Positions 1 to 9,322 of a stretch of DNA of 64,000 nucleotides are shown piece by piece (within the stretch, counting starts at the first letter, position 1; each line of letters begins with the position of its first letter). A model generated the notes under the pieces. It made no database searches. It was given only the letters and a program-made list of their open reading frames with translations, and had not been told where the DNA came from. The stretch is from the sequence record OQ174500.1; one strand, written 5' to 3'. The stretch comes from Escherichia phage REP1. A program made the translations under genes and the position numbers.

Positions 1-68
1 TTATCGTCGAATTTTTAAAAGCTCGTAAAGCTAAAGTATGTCCTGTTATTGAATATAAGGCTGAATGA
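1..68 (+). CDS. 3' end of an upstream gene (truncated by window edge)
   Basis: Stop-free frame from window edge to TGA at 66-68, overlapping the next start (ATGA). Confidence 0.35.
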   Translation, partial: IVEFLKARKAKVCPVIEYKAE

Positions 69-1078
69 TGAAAACAGTAATGAAAAGCTATTTTGGTAGT
101 CATCTTTATGGAACTTCTACCCCAGAATCTGATGTAGATTTTAAAGAAATCTTTGTTCCTCCTGCTCGTGATATTCTTATCGGAAACGTTAAAGAGCACA
201 TGAGTAAAAACACTAACAACACATCATCTAAAAACACTAAAGATGATATTGACCATGAACTATACAGTCTTAAATATTTCTTTAAATTAGCAGCAGATGG
301 TGAAACTGTAGCATTGGATATGCTTCACACTCCACCTGAACTAGTGGTTAAATCTGATTTGCCTGATGTGTGGAAGTTTATTCAAGACAACCGTTCTCGT
401 TTTTATACGACTAACATGAAATCCTATTTAGGATATGTCCGCAAGCAAGCTTCTAAATACGGTGTCAAGGGTTCTCGTTTGGCTGCATTACGTGATGTAT
501 TGAAAGTAGTTAATCAAATCCCCGAGCAATGGGTTGATTACCAAGAAGACGGTTCCATTAAGCAGCGTCGCACTAAAGTTGAAGATATTAAGCATCGTCT
601 TCCAGAAAACGAATTCTGTGAATGGGTGTTCCATAATCATGAGAAAACAGGCCCACAAACGTTCTACACTGTGTTGGGTCGTAAATATCAGACAACGCTT
701 TCTCTTATTGAGCTTAAGCAGTCACTGAACAAATTAGATGCTGAATATGGTGAACGTGCTCGTAAGGCCGAAGCCAATGAAGGTATTGACTGGAAAGCTC
801 TGAGTCATGCTTGCCGTGGTGGACTCCAACTATTGGAAATTTACAAAACTGGTGACTTGGTTTATCCACTCAAAGATGCTCCATTTATTCTTGACGTGAA
901 GTTGGGTAAGCATCCATTTAAAACGGTTCAAGAGTTTTTGGAAGATGTGGTCGATCAAGTAGAAGCAGCATCTACTGAAGCTTCTAAGAACGGTATGCAG
1001 CAAAAAGTAGACATGAGTTTCTGGGATGACTTCCTTGAGAAGGTCTATCTTGAAAACCACCGAAGTTATTATAAATGA
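65..1078 (+). CDS. Pol-beta-superfamily nucleotidyltransferase-like protein
   Basis: 337 aa; N-terminal hG[GS]-x(9-13)-DhD signature (FGSHLYGTSTPESDVDF) with a downstream acidic residue (ALDMLH). Confidence 0.7.
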   Translation: MMKTVMKSYFGSHLYGTSTPESDVDFKEIFVPPARDILIGNVKEHMSKNTNNTSSKNTKDDIDHELYSLKYFFKLAADGETVALDMLHTPPELVVKSDLPDVWKFIQDNRSRFYTTNMKSYLGYVRKQASKYGVKGSRLAALRDVLKVVNQIPEQWVDYQEDGSIKQRRTKVEDIKHRLPENEFCEWVFHNHEKTGPQTFYTVLGRKYQTTLSLIELKQSLNKLDAEYGERARKAEANEGIDWKALSHACRGGLQLLEIYKTGDLVYPLKDAPFILDVKLGKHPFKTVQEFLEDVVDQVEAASTEASKNGMQQKVDMSFWDDFLEKVYLENHRSYYK

Positions 1079-1080
1079 TA

Positions 1081-1105
1081 GGGAGCCTTCGGGCTCCCTT
1101 TTTAT
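1081..1105 (+). terminator. GC-rich hairpin with UUCG tetraloop and T-run
   Basis: gggagcc-ttcg-ggctccc followed by tttttatttc directly after the stop codon. Confidence 0.6.
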
Positions 1106-1127
1106 TTCAAAAATTTTTCACAAAACT

Positions 1128-1157
1128 GTTTACAAGCATAAAGCTTTATGGTACTAT
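1128..1157 (+). promoter_or_regulatory. T4-type early promoter
   Basis: -35 GTTTAC, 18-bp spacer, extended -10 TGgTACTAT; conserved leader ...ACTATCAACT...GGAGAATAAAATG. Confidence 0.6.
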
Positions 1158-1191
1158 ACAACTATCAACTGATACGGATTTGGAGAATAAA

Positions 1192-2160
1192 ATGAAAACT
1201 GTAACTATCAATAAGGGTATCTACTTCGGTAAAGAAATCTCTGGAACTTTTGAGCTCTTAGGTGAATGGTTCCCAGATAATGCTCCGGTAGATGCACAAG
1301 GAGATGGTAAAGTTTTTGTTGAAATTGACGGTAAGCGTCGCGGTGTTTGGGTTTACAAATCAGACATTTCATATGATGGTGTAAAAGTTGAAGAAGTTAA
1401 AGAATCATATGAAGATATGAAAACCCGCATTAATAAAAGATTTAATGTTATGGGAATGATGACGAATGGTATTATTAACGGAAACATTCGTTCATTAATT
1501 ATCTCGGGAGCAGCAGGTATTGGTAAAACGTATTCTTTAGATAAAGCTTTAAATAAAGCAAATGATATTGGATACATTGAGTATAAAAGCATTAATGGTA
1601 AAATCTCTGGTATCGGTCTTTATGAACAGCTTTGGAATAATCGTGAAGAGAATTCTGTCCTTTTGATTGATGATGTGGATGTTTTCTCTGATATGGACAT
1701 TCTTAATCTTCTGAAAGCTGCTCTGGACACTGGAGAGACCCGTAAAGTCTGCTGGAGCACCGCATCTTCTTACTTAGAAGAAAAAGGCATTGAGCGTGAG
1801 TTTGAATTTAAAGGAACGATTGTTTTTATCACAAACGTTGACATTGACCGCGAATTAGACCGTGGTACTAAACTTGCTCCACATTTACAAGCATTAGTGT
1901 CCCGCTCAGTTTATTTGGATTTGGGTGTTCACACTAATGAAGAAATTATGGTCAGGGTTGAAGATGTTATTCTTTCAACTGACATGATGCAAAAGCGCGG
2001 TCTTTCTGATGAAGAAACTTATAAAGCATTATCATGGATGAAAGTCAATGTTAATCGTTTACGCAATGTTTCACTGCGTACTGCTCTTTATCTTGCTGAC
2101 TTTATTATGACCGACAAAAACGGTTGGGAAGAAATCGCTGAGGTTACTCTTCTGAAATAA
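1192..2160 (+). CDS. P-loop AAA-type ATPase
   Basis: Walker A GAAGIGKT, Walker B VLLIDDVD; start set to ATG 1192 after terminator, promoter and GGAG RBS (track start 1075 reads through them). Confidence 0.7.
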   Translation: MKTVTINKGIYFGKEISGTFELLGEWFPDNAPVDAQGDGKVFVEIDGKRRGVWVYKSDISYDGVKVEEVKESYEDMKTRINKRFNVMGMMTNGIINGNIRSLIISGAAGIGKTYSLDKALNKANDIGYIEYKSINGKISGIGLYEQLWNNREENSVLLIDDVDVFSDMDILNLLKAALDTGETRKVCWSTASSYLEEKGIEREFEFKGTIVFITNVDIDRELDRGTKLAPHLQALVSRSVYLDLGVHTNEEIMVRVEDVILSTDMMQKRGLSDEETYKALSWMKVNVNRLRNVSLRTALYLADFIMTDKNGWEEIAEVTLLK

Positions 2161-2249
2161 TTCATAAGAGGCCTTCTATGACAAAAAGGCAGTTCAGAAA
2201 TAGATTATATGGACTGCCATCAAAAAGATGACTAGAATTAAACTGGTAA

Positions 2250-2564
2250 ATGGAGGTAATGATGTTATACTCAAAGGCTCGTGAAATTTATGAAACTAAA
2301 ATTAAAGAAGCAGTATTTCAGTTCGCAACAACGATGCGATGGACAAATGATTGGGAATATTCAAAAAATCATAAGAAGCCCCTGGTGACAAGAAAGGCTC
2401 ATATGTTAGTGTTAATAGACCGTGAGCAGATTAAAGCCCGAGAAGCCCTCCAGAATCATAAAAAGGCTGCCTTTGAATGGTTTATGGATAACACTGCTCC
2501 TGAGACTAAGAAAGCAGTGAGCGCGTGGTTCAGTGGAAAAAATTGTGAAAGAAGTTTCTTTTAG
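2250..2564 (+). CDS. hypothetical protein
   Basis: 104-codon ORF; GGAGG RBS; true start may be ATG 2259 or 2262. Confidence 0.5.
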   Translation: MEVMMLYSKAREIYETKIKEAVFQFATTMRWTNDWEYSKNHKKPLVTRKAHMLVLIDREQIKAREALQNHKKAAFEWFMDNTAPETKKAVSAWFSGKNCERSFF

Positions 2565-2566
2565 TT

Positions 2567-2596
2567 GTTTACAAGACCGTTCCTCTGTGGTACTAT
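2567..2596 (+). promoter_or_regulatory. T4-type early promoter
   Basis: GTTTAC, 18 bp, TGgTACTAT; same leader family as the element at 1128. Confidence 0.6.
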
Positions 2597-2624
2597 ACAA
2601 CTATCAACTACGGAGGAACAGAAA

Positions 2625-3152
2625 ATGAATGCTAAAGATATTTTCAACTTGGTAAACTACAATGATGGTAAATTTAAATCTGAAGCTCAAAGCAAGTTCT
2701 TTAATGATGTCTCAATCGGTGGTGAAATCACGGTTGATGGAGGACAAATTTACAAATCTCGTTGGAATTGGATCGTTATTATTGATGAGATTGGTATCGT
2801 AGAAATTTATAAAAATACGAATAAAAATCGTACATTACACTGGTCTCGTGATACTAACGAACAGTACAAAAAGGATAAAGCATCTAAATTATCTCGTGTA
2901 ACTCAAGAAGATATTGAGTTCATCAAGAAAGATATTTTGATGTATGATAACTTAATTGCTGAAGAGCAAGCTGTTATTGATAAATTTGATGAGATTAAAG
3001 CTTCTCGTGAAATTCCTGATTTTATGAAAGAATCAGTAAATGAACGATACACTCTCATTTCAGAGCGTATTGAAACTTACAAAAAGCAAAGAGCTGAACG
3101 CCAAAATACTCTTCGGAAGTTTGAAGAACGGTTAAAGACGGTACTCGCATAA
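2625..3152 (+). CDS. hypothetical protein
   Basis: 175 aa from ATG 2625 preceded by GGAGG; track start 2565 lies inside the promoter. Confidence 0.6.
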   Translation: MNAKDIFNLVNYNDGKFKSEAQSKFFNDVSIGGEITVDGGQIYKSRWNWIVIIDEIGIVEIYKNTNKNRTLHWSRDTNEQYKKDKASKLSRVTQEDIEFIKKDILMYDNLIAEEQAVIDKFDEIKASREIPDFMKESVNERYTLISERIETYKKQRAERQNTLRKFEERLKTVLA

Positions 3153-3207
3153 CCGCTTTATACCAAGGATGGTATAATGGTTCTAAGCCCTTTTAATTGA
3201 GATTATT

Positions 3208-3615
3208 ATGAAACAGTTGATAATTAAAAGATTGAATTTATTGATATGTTGTTTATGCGTAGTAGTTGCATATGGTTATTATGCTATTAATGATTATATG
3301 CATTATAAAGATTATGATGTTACTGTAGTTAATACCTTTACAGGAACTCAAGGAAAGGGGTCTAGTTTATCGTTTATTGCCGTATATGAACTCAAAGACG
3401 GTTATAGATTTAGCGAATATATTTCCCCAGAGATGTATTCATCAATAGAAAAAGACGATAATATTACTGTAAGTTTACGTCCTTTCGACGTAAAACAGAC
3501 ATTGTTTGATAATATTGTTTGGTTCTTTGGAATGGTATTAGTTCAATCTGTATGCGGTGCTTATATAGTCTTTTCCATCATATTCTGCGTATTTAGTAAA
3601 ATTGAAATTGAGTGA
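3208..3615 (+). CDS. predicted membrane protein
   Basis: 135 aa, hydrophobic N- and C-terminal segments, very AT-rich. Confidence 0.55.
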   Translation: MKQLIIKRLNLLICCLCVVVAYGYYAINDYMHYKDYDVTVVNTFTGTQGKGSSLSFIAVYELKDGYRFSEYISPEMYSSIEKDDNITVSLRPFDVKQTLFDNIVWFFGMVLVQSVCGAYIVFSIIFCVFSKIEIE

Positions 3616-3622
3616 GGAAAAT

Positions 3623-4510
3623 ATGTCAGTAGTAATTAATAATGTCAATGCAGTAATTAAATCTTTAGTTAATAAAAAATTGAATGAATGGACTGTACTT
3701 CGTCGTGGAGAGCCAGATAAATTTTTTCATAGATTTAACCCAACTTTGGATTTGAATGTTATTGACAGAGATGTTCATGCAGAAATTTTAGATAAGTTTA
3801 AAGTTGATATTGGATTTGGATTAGAAAAACATTTACAGCGAACAAACGGGTCTGGAATGGGTTTATCTAATCGCATCATGAAAGCCCTTAATAAAATTGG
3901 AGCATTGTCTCGCATTAACGCGAGTGAAATTCTTCGCAATTATAATAAAGGATATGACCTTTATGGTCGACTAATGCCGAAATTGTCATTCGATCAAATG
4001 ATTGCGGATTTGTGGGAAAATCAACGACGATTATTAGCATTAGGTGCTCGATTGGCTAAAGGTCTAGATAAACAAATGATTTTTAAGACCAATAATACAG
4101 AAGACCTTAAATGCTTTAAATTTAGTATTCGCGGAGATGATTATTACATCAGAGCTCGCTCTACAGATTATGTTAATATGGGACATCATCTCTGTTTAGC
4201 TTTTGAAGTTTTAAAAGAAACCGGAACATTAGAATATTCGTCTGGTGCAAAATGCCCGATTGGTTCAAGTTGTATTTTAATTTATCGCCCGGATGAATCC
4301 AGTTCATCTAAATTACCTACAAAACCTGTACCAGTTCGTAGTAACGAAAAACATTCTGAACAAATTGATTATTTTAATAAGCAAATTGAAGAGCTGAATA
4401 TTTCTATTCAACAGTATGACGATGAAATTTTCAGACTATCTGGATTGAGTAGTAAAGCTAAATCTGAGCGTGAAAAATTAATTAAAATTGTTGATTTACT
4501 TAAATCTTAA
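3623..4510 (+). CDS. hypothetical protein with C-terminal coiled-coil tail (array member 1 of 4)
   Basis: ATG 3623 after GAGGAAA RBS; C-terminal heptad-like amphipathic segment. Confidence 0.6.
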   Translation: MSVVINNVNAVIKSLVNKKLNEWTVLRRGEPDKFFHRFNPTLDLNVIDRDVHAEILDKFKVDIGFGLEKHLQRTNGSGMGLSNRIMKALNKIGALSRINASEILRNYNKGYDLYGRLMPKLSFDQMIADLWENQRRLLALGARLAKGLDKQMIFKTNNTEDLKCFKFSIRGDDYYIRARSTDYVNMGHHLCLAFEVLKETGTLEYSSGAKCPIGSSCILIYRPDESSSSKLPTKPVPVRSNEKHSEQIDYFNKQIEELNISIQQYDDEIFRLSGLSSKAKSEREKLIKIVDLLKS

Positions 4511-4518
4511 GGAACACC

Positions 4519-5544
4519 ATGAAAACTCGTTCTCAAATTGAAGATATGGTTCGTAATGCCAGCTATACTCGTGATGTTATGACATTTTTGTGCCAAAATA
4601 ATTTAGACCCTGATAAAGTTAATCGTGATATTCACTTTAAGTATATGAATAGCAGTGAATGGTTACGTCATTTTAGTAAAGCGGGATATATTACACAAAT
4701 GACTGCTCGTGAGCAGCTCACCGATTTCTGTAAAACTATTGATTATAAAAATCCTTTATTTGTTCAAGGCGTTGGTCAGAGTAAGGTTGATTTATCAACA
4801 GGATTTTTTAATCCAAATCATTATCGTCTTGAATGGAGATTTATTGCTCTATTCCGTAAACAATTAAAGCAAATTTTGTCTACTGCTAGTCGATTAAAAG
4901 GTTCTGATATTAACTTAAAGAATCTTAAATTTGATGGTTATACTCTTCAGATGGAAGTAAGACCATTAAAGGAAAATAATAGAACTGCGCGAATTAGCTT
5001 TAAGCCTAATACTAAAAATTCTCTTTCAATTTGTGAATGCCTTAAATCACAGTTGACAGAAGCATTTAAGTATATGGATGTTGTTGCTGCTGTTCAATCT
5101 AAGATTTTACCTCGTTTTGAACGATTTAAATTAGACACAACAACATATGAACTTGATATGGTTGTTTCATTTAAATATGATTTTTTGAGAAAGGATGAAG
5201 TCCCGCAAGAGAAAAAGCAGGAAGTACAAGATAACTTAAATTTAAATTTATCCAATTACTTATCAAACGATCCTAAATTTTGGATGTATAGTTCAGGTAA
5301 TAAAGATGCATGGAAATTTAATAAAGTGAATTTTCTTCCTATTGAAAATCCGAGTCTTAAACCTGTTGAAAAATGGCATGCAGATGCGATTGAGAAGTCT
5401 ATCAAGGCAGTAGATGATGAACTCGTTAAAGCAACTAATGAAGTGCTAGAAGCTGAAAAGATGTTGGAAAAAGCTCAAGAAAAAGTCAAAAATCTTACGA
5501 AGCAACGTTCTAAACTGAACAATGCACTAAATGCACTGAACTAG
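4519..5544 (+). CDS. hypothetical protein with C-terminal coiled-coil tail (array member 2 of 4)
   Basis: 341 aa; C-terminal segment VLEAEKMLEKAQEKVKNLTKQRSKLNNALNALN. Confidence 0.6.
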   Translation: MKTRSQIEDMVRNASYTRDVMTFLCQNNLDPDKVNRDIHFKYMNSSEWLRHFSKAGYITQMTAREQLTDFCKTIDYKNPLFVQGVGQSKVDLSTGFFNPNHYRLEWRFIALFRKQLKQILSTASRLKGSDINLKNLKFDGYTLQMEVRPLKENNRTARISFKPNTKNSLSICECLKSQLTEAFKYMDVVAAVQSKILPRFERFKLDTTTYELDMVVSFKYDFLRKDEVPQEKKQEVQDNLNLNLSNYLSNDPKFWMYSSGNKDAWKFNKVNFLPIENPSLKPVEKWHADAIEKSIKAVDDELVKATNEVLEAEKMLEKAQEKVKNLTKQRSKLNNALNALN

Positions 5545-5573
5545 TTTACATTGCCACAAGGATGTGGTATAAT
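5544..5573 (+). promoter_or_regulatory. T4-type early promoter
   Basis: GTTTAC, 18 bp, GTGGTATAAT; near-identical copy at 51393. Confidence 0.6.
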
Positions 5574-5601
5574 GTTCTTACTTTCTACTGAGGAGATTAT
5601 T

Positions 5602-6603
5602 ATGACTCGTAACGAATATATCAAATCATTCAATAGCGTTATTGATGATAAAGCTATACCGATGTTTGGTCAAAATATCGTTCTTTCTATTATCAATCAA
5701 TGGCTCAATAGTGTTGATGCAAGTATTGTTTCTTCTACTAAATTTATTCATGAAATTCGTAAAATTTCTAGCCGTGTAGATAAAGATGTTATCAAGAAAA
5801 CCTTTAAAGAGTCTCGTCTTCTTTCATATTTGGTTAATCGGGATATTCTTGGTAATTTTGGGAAAGAAATTAAACGAACCAAAGATGTAGTAGGATATAA
5901 TTGGTTCGGTGATGTTAATTCTTATCATCTTAATAATAAAGAAGACCCTGAGAATATTTTTACTCGTCGTTGGATTAGTAATTTCAGACTTTTCAAAGGA
6001 CAGATTCTAAAATCAGCTTCTAAATTATGTTATGGCGATTATCGTCAAATTCATCCTTTGGCTTCTGATATGATTATCATAAAAGAATATGAACTTGATA
6101 AAAATAAAGTATCTATTTTTGTGAATTATGGATTTTTTACACCAGAAACTAACCAAAAGAACATTAATAAATTTTTCTCAATTGCTAGCACTATAACTCG
6201 TCAATTAGAGACCGCATTACTTTGTATGGAAACAGTAGAAAATATTCATACATATCCTTTTAAGAATATATGCGGCTGGGAAGGATATAAAATTGTAATT
6301 AGTCTTCGTGAAGTGAAATGTACTTATTCACCTACTAGTAAAGAAATTTACCAACAAAAATGTGATGAAATTGTGAATACTCCTAAAGAAGAAACTACCC
6401 TTGAGGAACTAATGGATAATCTTGATGATTCGCCTGAACCGGCAGAAATTCGTCCAGAAGTTATTGCACTAGAAAAAGCTTATAAAGAAGTTCTAGAAAT
6501 TTCTAATAAAGCGCAGAAAGAATATGAGCAGGCTAAAAGGATTTGGGAAGAATCTGTTAATCGTCTTGATCGTTTAGAACAGGCTTTACAGTTAATTAAG
6601 TAA
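5602..6603 (+). CDS. hypothetical protein with C-terminal coiled-coil tail (array member 3 of 4)
   Basis: 333 aa from ATG 5602 (GAGGAG RBS); track start 5551 is TTG inside the promoter. Confidence 0.6.
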   Translation: MTRNEYIKSFNSVIDDKAIPMFGQNIVLSIINQWLNSVDASIVSSTKFIHEIRKISSRVDKDVIKKTFKESRLLSYLVNRDILGNFGKEIKRTKDVVGYNWFGDVNSYHLNNKEDPENIFTRRWISNFRLFKGQILKSASKLCYGDYRQIHPLASDMIIIKEYELDKNKVSIFVNYGFFTPETNQKNINKFFSIASTITRQLETALLCMETVENIHTYPFKNICGWEGYKIVISLREVKCTYSPTSKEIYQQKCDEIVNTPKEETTLEELMDNLDDSPEPAEIRPEVIALEKAYKEVLEISNKAQKEYEQAKRIWEESVNRLDRLEQALQLIK

Positions 6604-6657
6604 AATTTAAAGCCAAGGATGGCTCGGAGTATAAATCATTAACCAAGTGAGAAGAAC

Positions 6658-7587
6658 ATGAAAACTCGTAAACATTATATTGATTATTTTGACAGTCTTA
6701 TTACTAAACACCGTAATTATCAGATCGGGCACAGAGCAGTAATCAATAATATTCTTCGTGATTTCCTTCAATATGTTGGTCAGGAAAATCATATCTGTAA
6801 AGATACTCAAAACGCTTATTCTCATTCGTTAGGCAATTTGCTTGAATGGTTTAAACGTTCTCGTATGTTATCTTCTACTGTAGCTCGTGAGAACATTAAA
6901 AACTTTATGAAGCCGAGCTTCATTAAATCTGAGACATCTATAACCGATTTGGTTGAATTTACTATTGTTAATGATGTTAAAAAGACCCATTTGGCTGATT
7001 GGTTATCTACCATTCCTGAAACTACATTTGCTGATAAGTTCGCTTGTCAATTCAATGACCAAGTGAATATGCTTTTTAAGCATGCTCGTAAACTATTTAC
7101 CGCGGGCGATGACCGTACAAATACAGTTCATGTTAAGGACTGGGTTATTGCTGATGAAGTAACACACAAGCCAGGTGGTTCATCAGTATTAATTAATATC
7201 CAGGTTCCTTATTATTACTCACGTAATCTTGGCACCATGACAGCTAAAGAAATTAATAAGCACAACAAAACTATTCGTTCGTTGTCTTATAAACTCCGCA
7301 TGATGTTAAAAATTATGGACGTAGTGGAAATGTATGACGAAACCGAAGATAATGGTTCAATGTTATACAGTTCACGCATTCTAATTAAACTGAAGAACCC
7401 TAATACATATAAGACAGTTGTAAAAGAGCCTAAAGTAGAAAAGGTTGATAACCTGAGCGAAGAACGTGAATATCTCAATGCTCGTTTGATTGAAGTTGAA
7501 GCCCAGATTGCCGAACACACCAAATTGTTAAAAGCTCTTAATGCAAAAGCAAATGGTTTACGTAATGCTATTGAGGTATTGAAATGA
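6658..7587 (+). CDS. hypothetical protein with C-terminal coiled-coil tail (array member 4 of 4)
   Basis: 309 aa; C-terminal segment [33 protein letters not shown]. Confidence 0.6.
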   Translation: MKTRKHYIDYFDSLITKHRNYQIGHRAVINNILRDFLQYVGQENHICKDTQNAYSHSLGNLLEWFKRSRMLSSTVARENIKNFMKPSFIKSETSITDLVEFTIVNDVKKTHLADWLSTIPETTFADKFACQFNDQVNMLFKHARKLFTAGDDRTNTVHVKDWVIADEVTHKPGGSSVLINIQVPYYYSRNLGTMTAKEINKHNKTIRSLSYKLRMMLKIMDVVEMYDETEDNGSMLYSSRILIKLKNPNTYKTVVKEPKVEKVDNLSEEREYLNARLIEVEAQIAEHTKLLKALNAKANGLRNAIEVLK

Positions 7588-7973
7588 AAAAGCGTTTATT
7601 AGAAGACATTGCAGCTTCAAGTAATTCCAGTTTAATTAAAATTATTATGGCTGGTGAGGAAGATGATATGGAAATGCGTGGAAAGATTCACGGCTGCGAC
7701 GATTTAGATTTTAAACCTCCAGCATGGGATGCTATTATGGCTATGGTTGAACGCCGCGAAAGGGCTTCTAAAAACGTTCCTAATTGCCCTGAATGCGGTA
7801 CTGAACAAGTTCAATTGATTAACTGGCGTAAACCAGAGCTTGAATATAAATGCCGTCAATGTAAACATAAATTCAGTAAGCATGCTCCGGAAATGGTTAA
7901 ATTGCCTGACTCTACTGAGTTCTTTAAAGAACTTGTGAGTGTTCAACCAATGCCTAATAATATTTTGGATTAA
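7584..7973 (+). CDS. zinc-ribbon protein
   Basis: 129 aa; CPECG...x18...CRQC; start overlaps upstream stop (ATGA). Confidence 0.55.
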   Translation: MKKRLLEDIAASSNSSLIKIIMAGEEDDMEMRGKIHGCDDLDFKPPAWDAIMAMVERRERASKNVPNCPECGTEQVQLINWRKPELEYKCRQCKHKFSKHAPEMVKLPDSTEFFKELVSVQPMPNNILD

Positions 7974-7975
7974 AA

Positions 7976-8218
7976 ATGACCAAGCGTAAAGAATATATGG
8001 AGGCTGCTGAAAAGGCAGTCCGTGAATTAGCAATAGCTTATTATAATGAACACGGTAAATTTCCTGATAGATACAGCGTGCTTAAATCTGCTTTAACTCG
8101 TTCATACAAAAATATGCTATCAGAAGTAAGTGATATTATATACAAACATAAAGAACAAACAGGCCAAAGTCTTGATTACGATGAGACTTTTAAACAAGTA
8201 CTAGGAATTAAGGAATAA
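7976..8218 (+). CDS. hypothetical protein
   Basis: 80-codon ORF tightly packed with neighbours. Confidence 0.5.
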   Translation: MTKRKEYMEAAEKAVRELAIAYYNEHGKFPDRYSVLKSALTRSYKNMLSEVSDIIYKHKEQTGQSLDYDETFKQVLGIKE

Positions 8219-8219
8219 T

Positions 8220-8483
8220 ATGTTTAAAGTATATGGTTATGATAGCAACATCCATAAATGTGTGTATTGTGATAATGCAAAGCGTCTTTTGACCGTGAAG
8301 AAACAGCCGTTTGAATTTATCAACATTATGCCGGAAAAAGGTGTTTTTGATGATGAGAAAATCGCTGAGCTTCTGACTAAACTAGGTCGTGATACTCAAA
8401 TCGGCTTAACAATGCCCCAAGTATTTGCTCCTGATGGAAGTCATATTGGTGGATTTGACCAACTGCGAGAATATTTTAAATGA
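8220..8483 (+). CDS. nrdC: phage thioredoxin/glutaredoxin
   Basis: 87 aa, CVYC active site; matches my recollection of T4 NrdC. Confidence 0.85.
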   Translation: MFKVYGYDSNIHKCVYCDNAKRLLTVKKQPFEFINIMPEKGVFDDEKIAELLTKLGRDTQIGLTMPQVFAPDGSHIGGFDQLREYFK

Positions 8484-8695
8484 TGCTCGAAGGAACTGAC
8501 TATATTCATGATTACCGCGGAAGCGCGGTATATGTAGGTGATGAAGTTGCAGTTTATTATGGGTATGGAACTTTGATGACAGCAAAGGTTATTCAAATTA
8601 AAAATAATCGTGCTAAACTTGAAGTTTATTATTCTAACGGTGAAAAGTCTATTTCTAAGTGGAAATACGGCGATTGTATGGTCAAACTGGGGTAA
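8480..8695 (+). CDS. hypothetical protein
   Basis: 71-codon ORF; ATGA overlap with nrdC stop. Confidence 0.5.
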   Translation: MMLEGTDYIHDYRGSAVYVGDEVAVYYGYGTLMTAKVIQIKNNRAKLEVYYSNGEKSISKWKYGDCMVKLG

Positions 8696-8697
8696 AT

Positions 8698-8868
8698 ATG
8701 ATTTACGATATTAATGTAGCAAGAGCTCCGTCAATGGTTACTATTCCTGCTGAAGAACTAGATCGTCTTCATAAAATTGAAGAACTTCTTTGGGAAATTG
8801 AATCTGATTTGCCATCAGGATTAGAATCCTGGATTGATTATGAAGAACTTAATAAATTGCGAAATTAA
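8698..8868 (+). CDS. hypothetical small protein
   Basis: 56 aa from ATG 8698; track start 8659 overlaps the previous gene. Confidence 0.4.
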   Translation: MIYDINVARAPSMVTIPAEELDRLHKIEELLWEIESDLPSGLESWIDYEELNKLRN

Positions 8869-8878
8869 TTGGTGAAAA

Positions 8879-9199
8879 ATGACTATTGAAAATAAATTAG
8901 ATGTTGATGCAGTTCTGAGCGAAATTATTGAAGACCATGATGCATTTTCGGAAAACTATGATTTCGATTTTTCCGATTATCTTAAACCTGTCGAAATAGA
9001 AGACTGGGTGCAAGATGGTAAATGTCAATATCGTCAGTGTGTTTACTTTAGTCCAAAACATAATGTACATGTAGCGGTAAATGAATCTCGGTCAGGTTCT
9101 TATCATTCTGATTGGTATTATGCAGTTCCTACCGTTGAACTGGTTGAGCTTCGAGAACGTGTAGTAACTCAGACAGTAAGAGAATGGATTACGCTATAA
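8879..9199 (+). CDS. hypothetical acidic protein
   Basis: 106-codon ORF. Confidence 0.5.
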   Translation: MTIENKLDVDAVLSEIIEDHDAFSENYDFDFSDYLKPVEIEDWVQDGKCQYRQCVYFSPKHNVHVAVNESRSGSYHSDWYYAVPTVELVELRERVVTQTVREWITL

Positions 9200-9252
9200 A
9201 ACCTTGGTGGGCGGCTAGATGGGAAACTGTAGAGCCAGAGCCGGAAGAACCG

Positions 9253-9282
9253 GTTTACACTGATGAAGAAACGGTGTATAAT
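9253..9282 (+). promoter_or_regulatory. T4-type early promoter
   Basis: GTTTAC, 18 bp, TGTATAAT, in the intergenic gap upstream of ATG 9323. Confidence 0.55.
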
Positions 9283-9322
9283 GAACCAACGATAAATGAC
9301 TTAATTGATATGGAGATGGGAC

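Noticed and set aside
534-728. 64-codon + strand ORF inside the nucleotidyltransferase gene
   Set aside because: Alternate frame of a larger, motif-supported gene; no independent signals.
1075-1191. Track ORF starts that read through hairpins and promoters (1075, 2565, 5551, 28585, 37481, 46082, 47084, 48141, 55711, 56095)
   Set aside because: These begin at TTG/GTG or at an ATG inside terminator or promoter sequence; the first ATG with a Shine-Dalgarno sequence downstream of the promoter was used instead.
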